From Longimicrobiales bacterium (GTDB taxonomy: Bacteria; Gemmatimonadota; Gemmatimonadetes; Longimicrobiales; RSA9), in the NCBI GenBank assembly GCA_046483065.1, contig JAWODW010000037.1, positions 71,308 through 135,307 on the forward strand: a stretch of DNA of 64,000 nucleotides, in the 5' to 3' direction. Shown in pieces: positions 1 through 7,945 of this stretch (the stretch's first letter is position 1; the number at the start of each line of letters is the position of its first letter). A program made the position numbers and the translations under genes. A model generated the notes under the pieces. It did no database searches. It saw only the letters and a program-made list of their open reading frames with translations, and was not told the origin of the DNA.

Positions 1-964
1 GCGGCAGCTCCGTGTTGAGCTCGTAGTTGTCCACCGTCAACGCGGCGCGAATCACGGTGCCCACGTCGATATCGAACTGAGGCAGCTCCCGTCGGACCAG
101 CAGCCGCTGCTCTCGCGGTAGCCAGTACTGGCCGTCCCAGAGCGCGTTCTCGAGCATGACCTCCACCCGCTCGTTCCGGGGATCGATGTATGACGCAGGA
201 GTGAACGTGAAGGCGAGGCGGACCAGGTCGCCCCGAGCCCGCTCGAGGTACAGCGACCCCACGATCCCGGGGTCGCTGAAGTCACGGGGCCTGACCTTCA
301 CCTCGTAGACACGGAGTGGCGCGGGCTCCGTCGGGAGCCGGATGATGGTGGAGTCGGCGAGGCTGAAATCGTAGAAGTGGCGGCCGGGCTCCGCCAGCGG
401 ATGGATCACGTTACGGACGTCCCGGCCCTCGCCCACCCGGATCACGTCATCGAACCCGTTCTGGATGACCGTGTACCGGTCCAGGTAGTACCGGAAATCC
501 CGGATCGGGAACTGCTCCTCCGACCGCATGCCGTGGATCACCTGCTTCACCCGGTCCGGCTGAGCCCAGAACAGCTCCAGTGCCACCTGGTCGGCCCGCA
601 GCAGCACCGGCTCCGGGTTCGCTTCCCGATCGATGAAGAAATAGATGTGACCGGAGACGTCGGCGCGATAGTTCCGCAGCGTCGAGTCGATCACCGGCCG
701 CTGCCGCCGATCCCGGGCCCGCTGCACCAGCTCCAGCGTCCGGGCGTCGTTCCAGCCCGCGCTTCCGGACTGGGCCGCGAGTGGAGACGCCAGCGTGAGG
801 CCGGCGGCGAGGCTCGCCGCCACGAGGCTGACGGCCAGGGCCGCCGCCGCGAAGCCGGCTCCCGCACGGCCGGCTCCCGCACGGCCGGCTCCCGCACGGC
901 CGGTCCGGCCGCGGCCAGTCGCCGTGAGGATGGATGTAGACGGAAGAGGTCGGGTTCGAAGCAT
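1..964 (-). CDS. hypothetical secreted protein, 5' part (3' end lies beyond the window edge)
   Basis: Open minus-strand frame from the ATG at 964 (alternative ATG at 973) to the window edge. It is absent from the ORF track because no stop lies inside the window. My translation begins MLRTRPLPSTSILTATGRGRTGRAGAGRAGAGRAGAGFAAAAALAVSLVAASLAAGLTLASPLAAQSG (signal-like). It continues with balanced, non-repetitive sequence (VIDSTLRNYRADVSGHIYFFIDRE .. GQYWLPREQRLLVRREL). Confidence 0.6.
   Translation of the reverse strand, partial: MLRTRPLPSTSILTATGRGRTGRAGAGRAGAGRAGAGFAAAALAVSLVAASLAAGLTLASPLAAQSGSAGWNDARTLELVQRARDRRQRPVIDSTLRNYRADVSGHIYFFIDREANPEPVLLRADQVALELFWAQPDRVKQVIHGMRSEEQFPIRDFRYYLDRYTVIQNGFDDVIRVGEGRDVRNVIHPLAEPGRHFYDFSLADSTIIRLPTEPAPLRVYEVKVRPRDFSDPGIVGSLYLERARGDLVRLAFTFTPASYIDPRNERVEVMLENALWDGQYWLPREQRLLVRRELPQFDIDVGTVIRAALTVDNYELNTELP
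854..898. repeat. perfect 15-bp tandem repeat x3 (gccggctcccgcacg), in frame within the CDS above (GRAGA x3)
   Basis: Read directly from the sequence. A degenerate fourth unit follows. Confidence 0.9.
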
Positions 965-1043
965 GGTGGGCATGATAGACCGAGCGAAAAGGAGGCGGCA
1001 AGCGATGACGTCCCGGCCACATCGCCGAGCCGGGAGAAGATCG

Positions 1044-1913
1044 CTAGGGGAATCGGGCCGCGAGGAGGAGCCGGTGCCCCACCCGCTGCCCGGCGCCGGC
1101 GGCGCCGATTCCGCCGGCCTCCAGGAATCGGTGCCACGCCAGGTAGTTGGACAGATACCGCGTCGCGACGCCGTGGAAATGCTTGAGCCAGCGACGCATC
1201 GCCATGATGTACCGGCGGGCGACCATCATCTCCGGCGCCCCGGGCTCGGCCCGTCTGTATGCCCTCTCGAGACGAACCGCCAGTAGACCGGCCGCACCGT
1301 AGGGCCCGATGGAGCTGACGATCTCACCGGCAGTCCCGAGCCTCGGGGCAAGCGCCGCCTGGAGATCGTCGGCCATGGGACGGCGCTGGCCGACCACGCC
1401 GCTGGCGATCCGCCCCGCGTCGTCGGACGCAATGTACGCCCACACCGAGGGGACTTCGAACCACCCGGTCGCCCGCCGGCGACGAGGCGGCCGCTCTAGA
1501 CCACGCTTTCCCTTTTCGGAGAACGGGAACGACGTCTCGTGGATGACGACGGTCGAGCCGAGCGGGCCGCAGTCGGAGGCGTCGAGCGCCCGGAGGAGCC
1601 GGTGGCGCCAGCGGAAGGCTGTGTTCTTGTCGACGCCCAGGTATCGCGCGGCCTCGCGAACGGTCATGCTCGCGAGCATGCAGCGGCAGAAATCCGGCCA
1701 GCGGTCGACGAGCTTCAGGGCGGCGAGGGGTGTGCCGGTGAAGTCGCTGAACGTGCGCTCGCAGACCAGGCAGCGGTAACGCTGGCGGCCGGAGAACGTG
1801 CCCCAGCGGTGGACCCGGGTGGCCGCGCAGTGGGGGCAGGCGGGAAGAGCGCCGCCGGAGCGGAGGCGACGGAACTGCTCGAACGGAAACGGGGTGGGGG
1901 TGAGTGCGTCCAT
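1044..1913 (-). CDS. IS1595-family (ISXO2-like) transposase
   Basis: Track ORF 1044..2252. The internal ATG at 1913 (MDALTPTPFPFEQFRRL) is chosen as the start. An N-terminal zinc ribbon (CPHC ... CLVC) is followed by a DDE-type core (VVIHETSFPFSEKGKRG, WAYIASDDAGR, RRYIMAMRRWLKHFHGVATRYLSNYLAW). Confidence 0.7.
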   Translation of the reverse strand: MDALTPTPFPFEQFRRLRSGGALPACPHCAATRVHRWGTFSGRQRYRCLVCERTFSDFTGTPLAALKLVDRWPDFCRCMLASMTVREAARYLGVDKNTAFRWRHRLLRALDASDCGPLGSTVVIHETSFPFSEKGKRGLERPPRRRRATGWFEVPSVWAYIASDDAGRIASGVVGQRRPMADDLQAALAPRLGTAGEIVSSIGPYGAAGLLAVRLERAYRRAEPGAPEMMVARRYIMAMRRWLKHFHGVATRYLSNYLAWHRFLEAGGIGAAGAGQRVGHRLLLAARFP

Positions 1914-2301
1914 GGAGCGATCATGGCAGCGGGAATGGGGCAGAGGAATAGCGGATCGGGACGAGTTTCCAGCAGCGCGTCGGGGGGCGACTGGCCGGGA
2001 GGTTGGATGACGAGACGAGGGCTGTCCGGAGGGCGAGGTCCGGGTGGCGAGGTCTGGAGAGTGAGGGGCCCCTGCTGACACAACGGCAGAGGGGGCAATA
2101 GACCCCGAGGGCGTGAGCCGCCGGGAGGAGGCAAGTGTGGATGGTATGTGTGCGTCGGCTGCCACCCTCTGATGCTGTCTGCGGGTCCTGTTGGTCATGG
2201 GGAACCAACAGCAGTCGCAGACATCATCCGATGATCCTGTGGGCAGGCCCACCCCTCACACCGCCACCCACAACCTACTCCCCTCCTCCACCAGGCCCCC
2301 C

Positions 2302-3111
2302 TCAGCCCCTCCTCAGCAGTCTGTTCCCACCCATGGCCGCGAAGAACAACGCCGCCGCCAGCAGCACGATTGCCGCCCCCGACGGCAGGTCCAGCACCCA
2401 CGACAGCCACAGCCCACCCACCACCGATCCCAGCGCGAACACGACCGACAGCAGCAGCATCGACCTCACACTCGGCGCCAGGATCTGGGCCGTGGCGGCC
2501 GGGATAACCAGGAACGCCGACACCAGGATGATACCGACCACCTTGATGGCACTCACAATGGTCACGGCGATCAATGTCAACAGCAGATACCGCAACCGGG
2601 CGGCAGGCAGCCCGGCGGCGCGGGCCGTCTCTTCATCCACGCTAATGAACACCAGCTCCTTGAAGAACAGGAGTGTGACCAGCAGGGTGGCTCCCACCAG
2701 GATGGCCGCGAAGATCAGGTCGCTGTCCTGGACCAGAAGGATGTTGCCGAAGAGGTAGCCCAGCAGATTCTGCCGGTAGTCGGGTGTGCCGGCCATGAGA
2801 GCTACGGCCAGCGCCATGGCCGTCGGGAAGAAGATCCCGATGGCCGTGTCCTCCGACAGCTTCCCACGGCCCCCTACGGCCCCAATGGCCCACGCCACCA
2901 CCACCGAGAAGCCCAGCGCCGCCACCAGCGGATCGACACCGAAGAGAAGGCCCAGCGCCACTCCGCCGAGCGCCGCGTGCGAGATCCCGACGCCCACGAA
3001 CGCCATGCGCCGCAGCACCACGAAGAACGCCAGCACGGCGCAGCCGAGCCCGACGATGAGGCCGGCCAGCAGCGCCCGTTGGCCGAACTCGTAGGAGAGG
3101 AACTCGATCAT
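2302..3111 (-). CDS. metal (Zn/Mn-type) ABC transporter permease, ABC-3 family
   Basis: 269 aa, polytopic, with an ABC-3 pattern (MIEFLSYEFGQRALLAGLIVG .. FISVDEETARAAGLP). It overlaps the ATPase gene by 4 nt. Confidence 0.8.
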   Translation of the reverse strand: MIEFLSYEFGQRALLAGLIVGLGCAVLAFFVVLRRMAFVGVGISHAALGGVALGLLFGVDPLVAALGFSVVVAWAIGAVGGRGKLSEDTAIGIFFPTAMALAVALMAGTPDYRQNLLGYLFGNILLVQDSDLIFAAILVGATLLVTLLFFKELVFISVDEETARAAGLPAARLRYLLLTLIAVTIVSAIKVVGIILVSAFLVIPAATAQILAPSVRSMLLLSVVFALGSVVGGLWLSWVLDLPSGAAIVLLAAALFFAAMGGNRLLRRG

Positions 3112-4079
3112 AACGGCTCCTCCGGCGAGGCCGGCGGACGAGCGTCCCGGCTCGGAGCGTCCCGGCTCGCAGCGTCCCGGCTCGCAGCGTCGGCCTCGTG
3201 GGCGTCCGCGTCTTCGTCTTCCTCGTCTTCCTCGTCTTCCTCGGGCGGCCTGGGGCGGTGAACGTGGTCGTGGGGGAAATCATATACGGCGTCGAGCTGG
3301 TCCGACGCTAGCACGGTCCTGGGTGTGCCGATGGCTCGCACCGTGCGGTCGATGAGGAGCACCGTGTCGGCGTGCCGGGCCACGACCTCGACGTCGTGGG
3401 AGGCGGCGAGCAGCGTGATCCCCTCGATCCGCTGCAGCGTGCAACACATATCATAGAACCGGGCCTGCGCCGCGGGGTCGAGACCCGCAGTGGGCTCATC
3501 GAGAAGGAGCAGCCGCGGGTCGGCCACCAGCGCCCGTGCGATGAGCGCCCGCCGCTGCTGGCCACCGGACAGCTCGCTGAACCGGCGGCCGGCGCGATCT
3601 GCCAGCTTGACTCGGGCCAGTGCCTCGTGAACCGCAGCATGGTCCCGGGGCCCCGGTCGCCGCCCGAATCCGACGCTGGGATACCGTCCCATAAGCACCA
3701 CTTCCGCCAGCGTCAACGGGAACCCGTCCGGCACACCGGTGGACTGGGGCACGTACCCGATCCTGTGGCCCCGGGAGCCGGGCGGCTCGCCCATGACCCG
3801 GATCCGCCCGGACCGGGGGCGGTTCAATCCCAGGAGGAGCCGAAGCAGCGTCGTCTTGCCGGCGCCGTTGGGGCCAATCAGCGCCGTGAACGTGCCCTCG
3901 GCCACCAGGAAGTCGACGTCCTCGAGCACGGCCTCCCGGCCGTACCCGAATGTGACGTGGTCAAAAACGATCGCGGGCGCCTCGCTGCCGACGCTCCGGC
4001 CGCCGGGCCCGGCTGCGGGTCCGGTGCCGGCTTCGGGTTCGGTGCCGGCGCTGTCGGATGTCGTGTCGGAGTCCCTCAA
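3108..4079 (-). CDS. metal ABC transporter ATP-binding protein with an acidic repetitive C-terminal tail
   Basis: Walker A GPNGAGKTT, signature LSGGQQRR, Walker B LLLLDEPT. It carries a tail of about 50 aa (PPEEDEEDEEDEDADAHEADAASRDAASRDAPSRD). It overlaps the SBP gene by 4 nt. Confidence 0.85.
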   Translation of the reverse strand: MRDSDTTSDSAGTEPEAGTGPAAGPGGRSVGSEAPAIVFDHVTFGYGREAVLEDVDFLVAEGTFTALIGPNGAGKTTLLRLLLGLNRPRSGRIRVMGEPPGSRGHRIGYVPQSTGVPDGFPLTLAEVVLMGRYPSVGFGRRPGPRDHAAVHEALARVKLADRAGRRFSELSGGQQRRALIARALVADPRLLLLDEPTAGLDPAAQARFYDMCCTLQRIEGITLLAASHDVEVVARHADTVLLIDRTVRAIGTPRTVLASDQLDAVYDFPHDHVHRPRPPEEDEEDEEDEDADAHEADAASRDAASRDAPSRDARPPASPEEPL

Positions 4080-4948
4080 CCGCCACCTCCCAGCGCGCGG
4101 GCGAAGGCGCGGGCGTTGAAGCGCATGAGGGAGAGGTAGTCCTCACGTTCCTCTAGCCCTGTACCCCCCACGGCGTCGGCCACCTCGACGTTCACGCCCA
4201 GCTCGTCGGCGAGGGCGTCCACGCCGGCTCGGCCGAGCTGCGGCTCCGCGATGACGGCGTGCACGCCGGAGGCCCGGGTCTCATCCACGAGCCGGGCCAG
4301 CTCGCGGGACCCGAGCTCCGAGCCGGGCGAGCCGTGGATCGCGCCCACCTGCTCGAGCCCGTACCGCTCCGCGAAGTAGACCCAGGCGGGGTGGGCGGCC
4401 ACGAACCGCCGTCCCTCGACGTCGGACAGGGCCGATCGGATCTCGGCGTCCAGCGCCGTGAGCGAGTCGGCGAATGCGTCGGCCCGGCGGCGGACCCCGG
4501 CCGAGTCTCCGGTCACGGCGGCCACCGCGTCGGCGATCCGCGGCAGGAGCACATCACGGACACGGATGGGGTCCAGCCAGACGTGAGGGTTGCCGGTGCC
4601 GGGGCCCCGCTGCCCGTACAGGCGCATGCCGTCGGTGAGGGTCAACTCCGGCACGCCGTGCACGGGCCCCAACCAGGCGTCGGCGGCGGCCCCGACACGC
4701 ACCACCAGGTCGGCCCGGGCCAGGACCTGCGCCGTGCGGGGCGTGGCTTCGTAGGTGTCGGGGTGTGCGCCGGCGGGCAGGAGCGTGCGCACGTGGACGG
4801 CGTCGCCCCCCACGACCCGGACGAGGTCGGCGATGGGCGGCAGTGTTGCGGCTACCACGGGCCGGGCGTCGGGATCGGCCTCCGGTCGGTCCGATCCGCA
4901 CCCGGCCACGAGGGCGGCAGCAAGCAGAATCACAAAGGCAGTGCGCAT
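4076..4948 (-). CDS. metal ABC transporter substrate-binding lipoprotein (TroA/ZnuA-like)
   Basis: Lipobox LVAGC. Cluster-9 SBP-like motifs (NPHVWLDP, AAHPAWVYFAERYGL). First gene of a three-gene operon. Confidence 0.8.
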   Translation of the reverse strand: MRTAFVILLAAALVAGCGSDRPEADPDARPVVAATLPPIADLVRVVGGDAVHVRTLLPAGAHPDTYEATPRTAQVLARADLVVRVGAAADAWLGPVHGVPELTLTDGMRLYGQRGPGTGNPHVWLDPIRVRDVLLPRIADAVAAVTGDSAGVRRRADAFADSLTALDAEIRSALSDVEGRRFVAAHPAWVYFAERYGLEQVGAIHGSPGSELGSRELARLVDETRASGVHAVIAEPQLGRAGVDALADELGVNVEVADAVGGTGLEEREDYLSLMRFNARAFARALGGGG

Positions 4949-5098
4949 GGAAGGTCATGATAGACGGTGACGGCCCGGTGCGGTAGCCCCGACCGCCGCG
5001 CGGCATCGCACGACCCCCTTGCCGGGACGCGGTCGATACAGGACCTTACCCAACGACACAGAATTCCCACCCCTGTATAGCCAAACCAGGAGGCTCTT

Positions 5099-6490
5099 AT
5101 GGGTCGACGGATCCTGCGGCCCGTGGGTTTCGCCGTGCTGCTGGCCGCATTCTCCGCCCCCGCCGCGGGCCAGGGCTCGAGCGTGTACAACCAGAGCGGG
5201 TGCGCGAGCGCCAAGGCCGGTGCCGTTGTCGCGGCCCCGTGCATGGACGCCTCGAGCATCTACTACAACCCTGCGCTCATCTCGCTGCTGCCGTCGTCGG
5301 TATCCGCCGGTTTCACGGCGGTCTACAACGGCGGCGACTTCACCTATGACACTACGGGCATGGTGGTGGAGCGTGACCCGGCCGTGCCGCTGGTGCCCCA
5401 GGCCTACGCCACGTACCGCTTCGGGGCCGACAAGCGGTTGGCCGCCGGGCTCGGCGTCTGGGCCCCCTACGGGCTGGGGATCGAGTGGCCCGAGACCTTC
5501 GAGGGCCGTTTCATCTCCTGGAAGACCGCACTCAAGGGGATCTACGTCCAGCCCACCGTCGCCTACCAGGTGATCCCCGGGAAGCTGGCGCTGGGCGCCG
5601 GCGTGCAGGTGACCCTCGGTGGGATCGAGATCAACCAGCGGGTCGACGGCCCGGTCGCGGATATCCGGCTGGCGAGTCTGGGCGTGCCGCTGGGCACCGA
5701 CATCGCCAGCGCCGTCCTGACGGGCTCCGGGATCGGCGTAGGCGGGCAGCTCGCCGCCTACTACCAGGTCAGCGACCGGCTGGCCATCGGCGCTCGCTAC
5801 ATGCTCCCGGTGCAGGTGGACCTGACAGGCGAGGCGGACTTCGAGCAGATCGAGAATCCGGACATCATACTGGTCCTCCCCGATGGCGACGTCCCGCTGG
5901 ACGCGCTGCTGGCGGACCTCTTCGTAGCCGGCGGCCGGCTGGAGGACCAGGACGCCGACGCGTCGCTCACCTTCCCGCCCCAGGCGGTGATCGGGGTCCG
6001 CTATGCCGTCACCGACGCACTGGCGGTTTCCGGCGACTATCAGTGGACCGGGTGGAGCACCTTCGACGAGATCGTGGCCACCTTCTCCGGCGCGGCGCCG
6101 GAGCTGGCGCTCAAGATGGACTACGAGGACGCCCACACCTTCCGGACGGGATTGACCTACGCCCTCTCCCCGGCAGTCGAGGGCCGGGCCGGATTCAGCT
6201 ACAACACGCCGGCCTCACCGGATCATACCGTCACGCCGATCCTGCCGGAGGCGGAGCGCCAGCTCTACACGATGGGCTTCGGCTACCGGATGGGCTCGGT
6301 CCAGGCCGACGTCTACTACAACTACGTGAACCAGGCCGACCGCAGCGGTCGGGTACGGTCCGACCTGCCGGGGCCCGGTGAGCCCAGCACGCCGGACGCC
6401 ATCATCGACCAGCTGAACGTCGGGGTTTACGGCTCCACGGCCCACCTGTTCGGTCTTACACTTTCGTACGTCTTCGGTGACGAGCGCTGA
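5099..6490 (+). CDS. outer-membrane transport protein, OMPP1/FadL/TodX family
   Basis: Signal peptide, then a FadL-like N-terminus (SAKAGAVVAAPCMDASSIYYNPALISLL). The remainder is beta-rich with alternating hydrophobic residues. Confidence 0.7.
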   Translation: MGRRILRPVGFAVLLAAFSAPAAGQGSSVYNQSGCASAKAGAVVAAPCMDASSIYYNPALISLLPSSVSAGFTAVYNGGDFTYDTTGMVVERDPAVPLVPQAYATYRFGADKRLAAGLGVWAPYGLGIEWPETFEGRFISWKTALKGIYVQPTVAYQVIPGKLALGAGVQVTLGGIEINQRVDGPVADIRLASLGVPLGTDIASAVLTGSGIGVGGQLAAYYQVSDRLAIGARYMLPVQVDLTGEADFEQIENPDIILVLPDGDVPLDALLADLFVAGGRLEDQDADASLTFPPQAVIGVRYAVTDALAVSGDYQWTGWSTFDEIVATFSGAAPELALKMDYEDAHTFRTGLTYALSPAVEGRAGFSYNTPASPDHTVTPILPEAERQLYTMGFGYRMGSVQADVYYNYVNQADRSGRVRSDLPGPGEPSTPDAIIDQLNVGVYGSTAHLFGLTLSYVFGDER

Positions 6491-6506
6491 GGGAGGAGAA
6501 ACGACC

Positions 6507-7793
6507 ATGAATACACGGAATCATCGGTCCCGCACCGCGTTCGCCATCGCTTTCCTGGCAGTGTTCGCGGTGGCGGTCACGTCGTGCATCAAGGGCGACG
6601 AGCCCTACATCGTGGACCCCATCGGCGGTGAGCTCTTCGATCGCTACGTCTCGCTGGGCAACTCGCTGACGGCGGGGTTCCAGTCCGGCGGGATCAACGT
6701 CAACACGCAGCGAGAGGCGTACCCGGTCCTGCTGGCGGAGAAGGCCAACGCGCCGTTCGGGGTCCCGGCCCTCGCCCTGCCGGGCTGCCCACCGCTCCTG
6801 GTGGGCCCGCTGACCACGACGCGCACCGATACCACCGCGTGCGGGCTGCGGGTCTTCGACGCGCCGAGCCTGGTCCAGAACCTGGCCGTGCCCGGGGCCA
6901 ACACCGGCCACCTGAGCAACCCGGTGGGGACCGGGAACACGCTCAACACGCTGATCCTCGGCGGGCGCACCCAGATCGCGGCCATGAAGGACGCGGAGCC
7001 CACGCTGATCTCGGTCTGGGTCGGCAACAACGACGCACTCGGCGCCGCCCTGGCCGGCGACACGGCGGGGCTCACGCCCCTGACCACCTTCCAGACGGAG
7101 TACGACGAGATCGTGGCCGCCATGCTGGAGACCGACGCCCAGGACGCCATCCTCATGGGGGTGGTGAACCCCATGGTGGCCGCACCGGCGCTCCAGCCCG
7201 GGGCCTACTTCTGGGCGCTGCCGGACACGATGCCGCTGTCGGCGACCGACACGCTCTTCTTCGACGTGTCCGACAACTGTGCGCCATCCGTCTTCGGCGG
7301 GCTCGGCGACGACCGCCTCATCTCCTTCATCGGCGTCGGCAACGCCATCGCCGCCGGGGAGGACCCGTTGCACATCGACTGCGTGGACGGCGTCCAGATC
7401 GGTGGGGCGTACGAACCGGACTACCTCATCGATGAGGCGGAACAGATTGCCATCGCCGCCCGGATCACGGCGTTCAACAGCTACATCGCGCAGCAGGCCG
7501 ATGACAACGGCTGGATCTACATCGACCCCACGACCACCATGGTGATGCCGGCGCTGGCGGACCCGGACAAGATCCGGAAGTGTCAGGACCTGCCCACCGA
7601 CGCCGCGTCGTTCGGGGCGGCCGTCCAGAGCTCTTGCCCCGTGGACCTCGATCCGACCACGGACGCGACCTTCTTCGGGAGCTACATCAGCCACGACGGG
7701 ATCCACCCCACGGGCGCGTTCCATGCCGCGACCGCCAATGTGCTGGCGGATTCGCTGAACGCCGTCCACGGCCTGTCGCTGCCCATCAACTGA
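6507..7793 (+). CDS. SGNH/GDSL-family hydrolase lipoprotein
   Basis: ATG at 6507 preceded by gggaggag. Lipobox-like VTSC. Block I SLGNSLTAG, block III VWVGNNDAL, block V SHDGIHPT. Confidence 0.75.
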   Translation: MNTRNHRSRTAFAIAFLAVFAVAVTSCIKGDEPYIVDPIGGELFDRYVSLGNSLTAGFQSGGINVNTQREAYPVLLAEKANAPFGVPALALPGCPPLLVGPLTTTRTDTTACGLRVFDAPSLVQNLAVPGANTGHLSNPVGTGNTLNTLILGGRTQIAAMKDAEPTLISVWVGNNDALGAALAGDTAGLTPLTTFQTEYDEIVAAMLETDAQDAILMGVVNPMVAAPALQPGAYFWALPDTMPLSATDTLFFDVSDNCAPSVFGGLGDDRLISFIGVGNAIAAGEDPLHIDCVDGVQIGGAYEPDYLIDEAEQIAIAARITAFNSYIAQQADDNGWIYIDPTTTMVMPALADPDKIRKCQDLPTDAASFGAAVQSSCPVDLDPTTDATFFGSYISHDGIHPTGAFHAATANVLADSLNAVHGLSLPIN

Positions 7794-7945
7794 GCGTGGG
7801 GAGGCCCCTGCGGTGAGCCCCCTGCGGTGACCCGGCACGGTCCACTGCAGGGGCGGGCAGGGTAAAGATCTCGCGGCGAGCGCCGACACTGGGTGCAGAG
7901 GAAGGCCGGCCCGGCCGGCCGTGCACACGTACCGGGGTCGATGCC

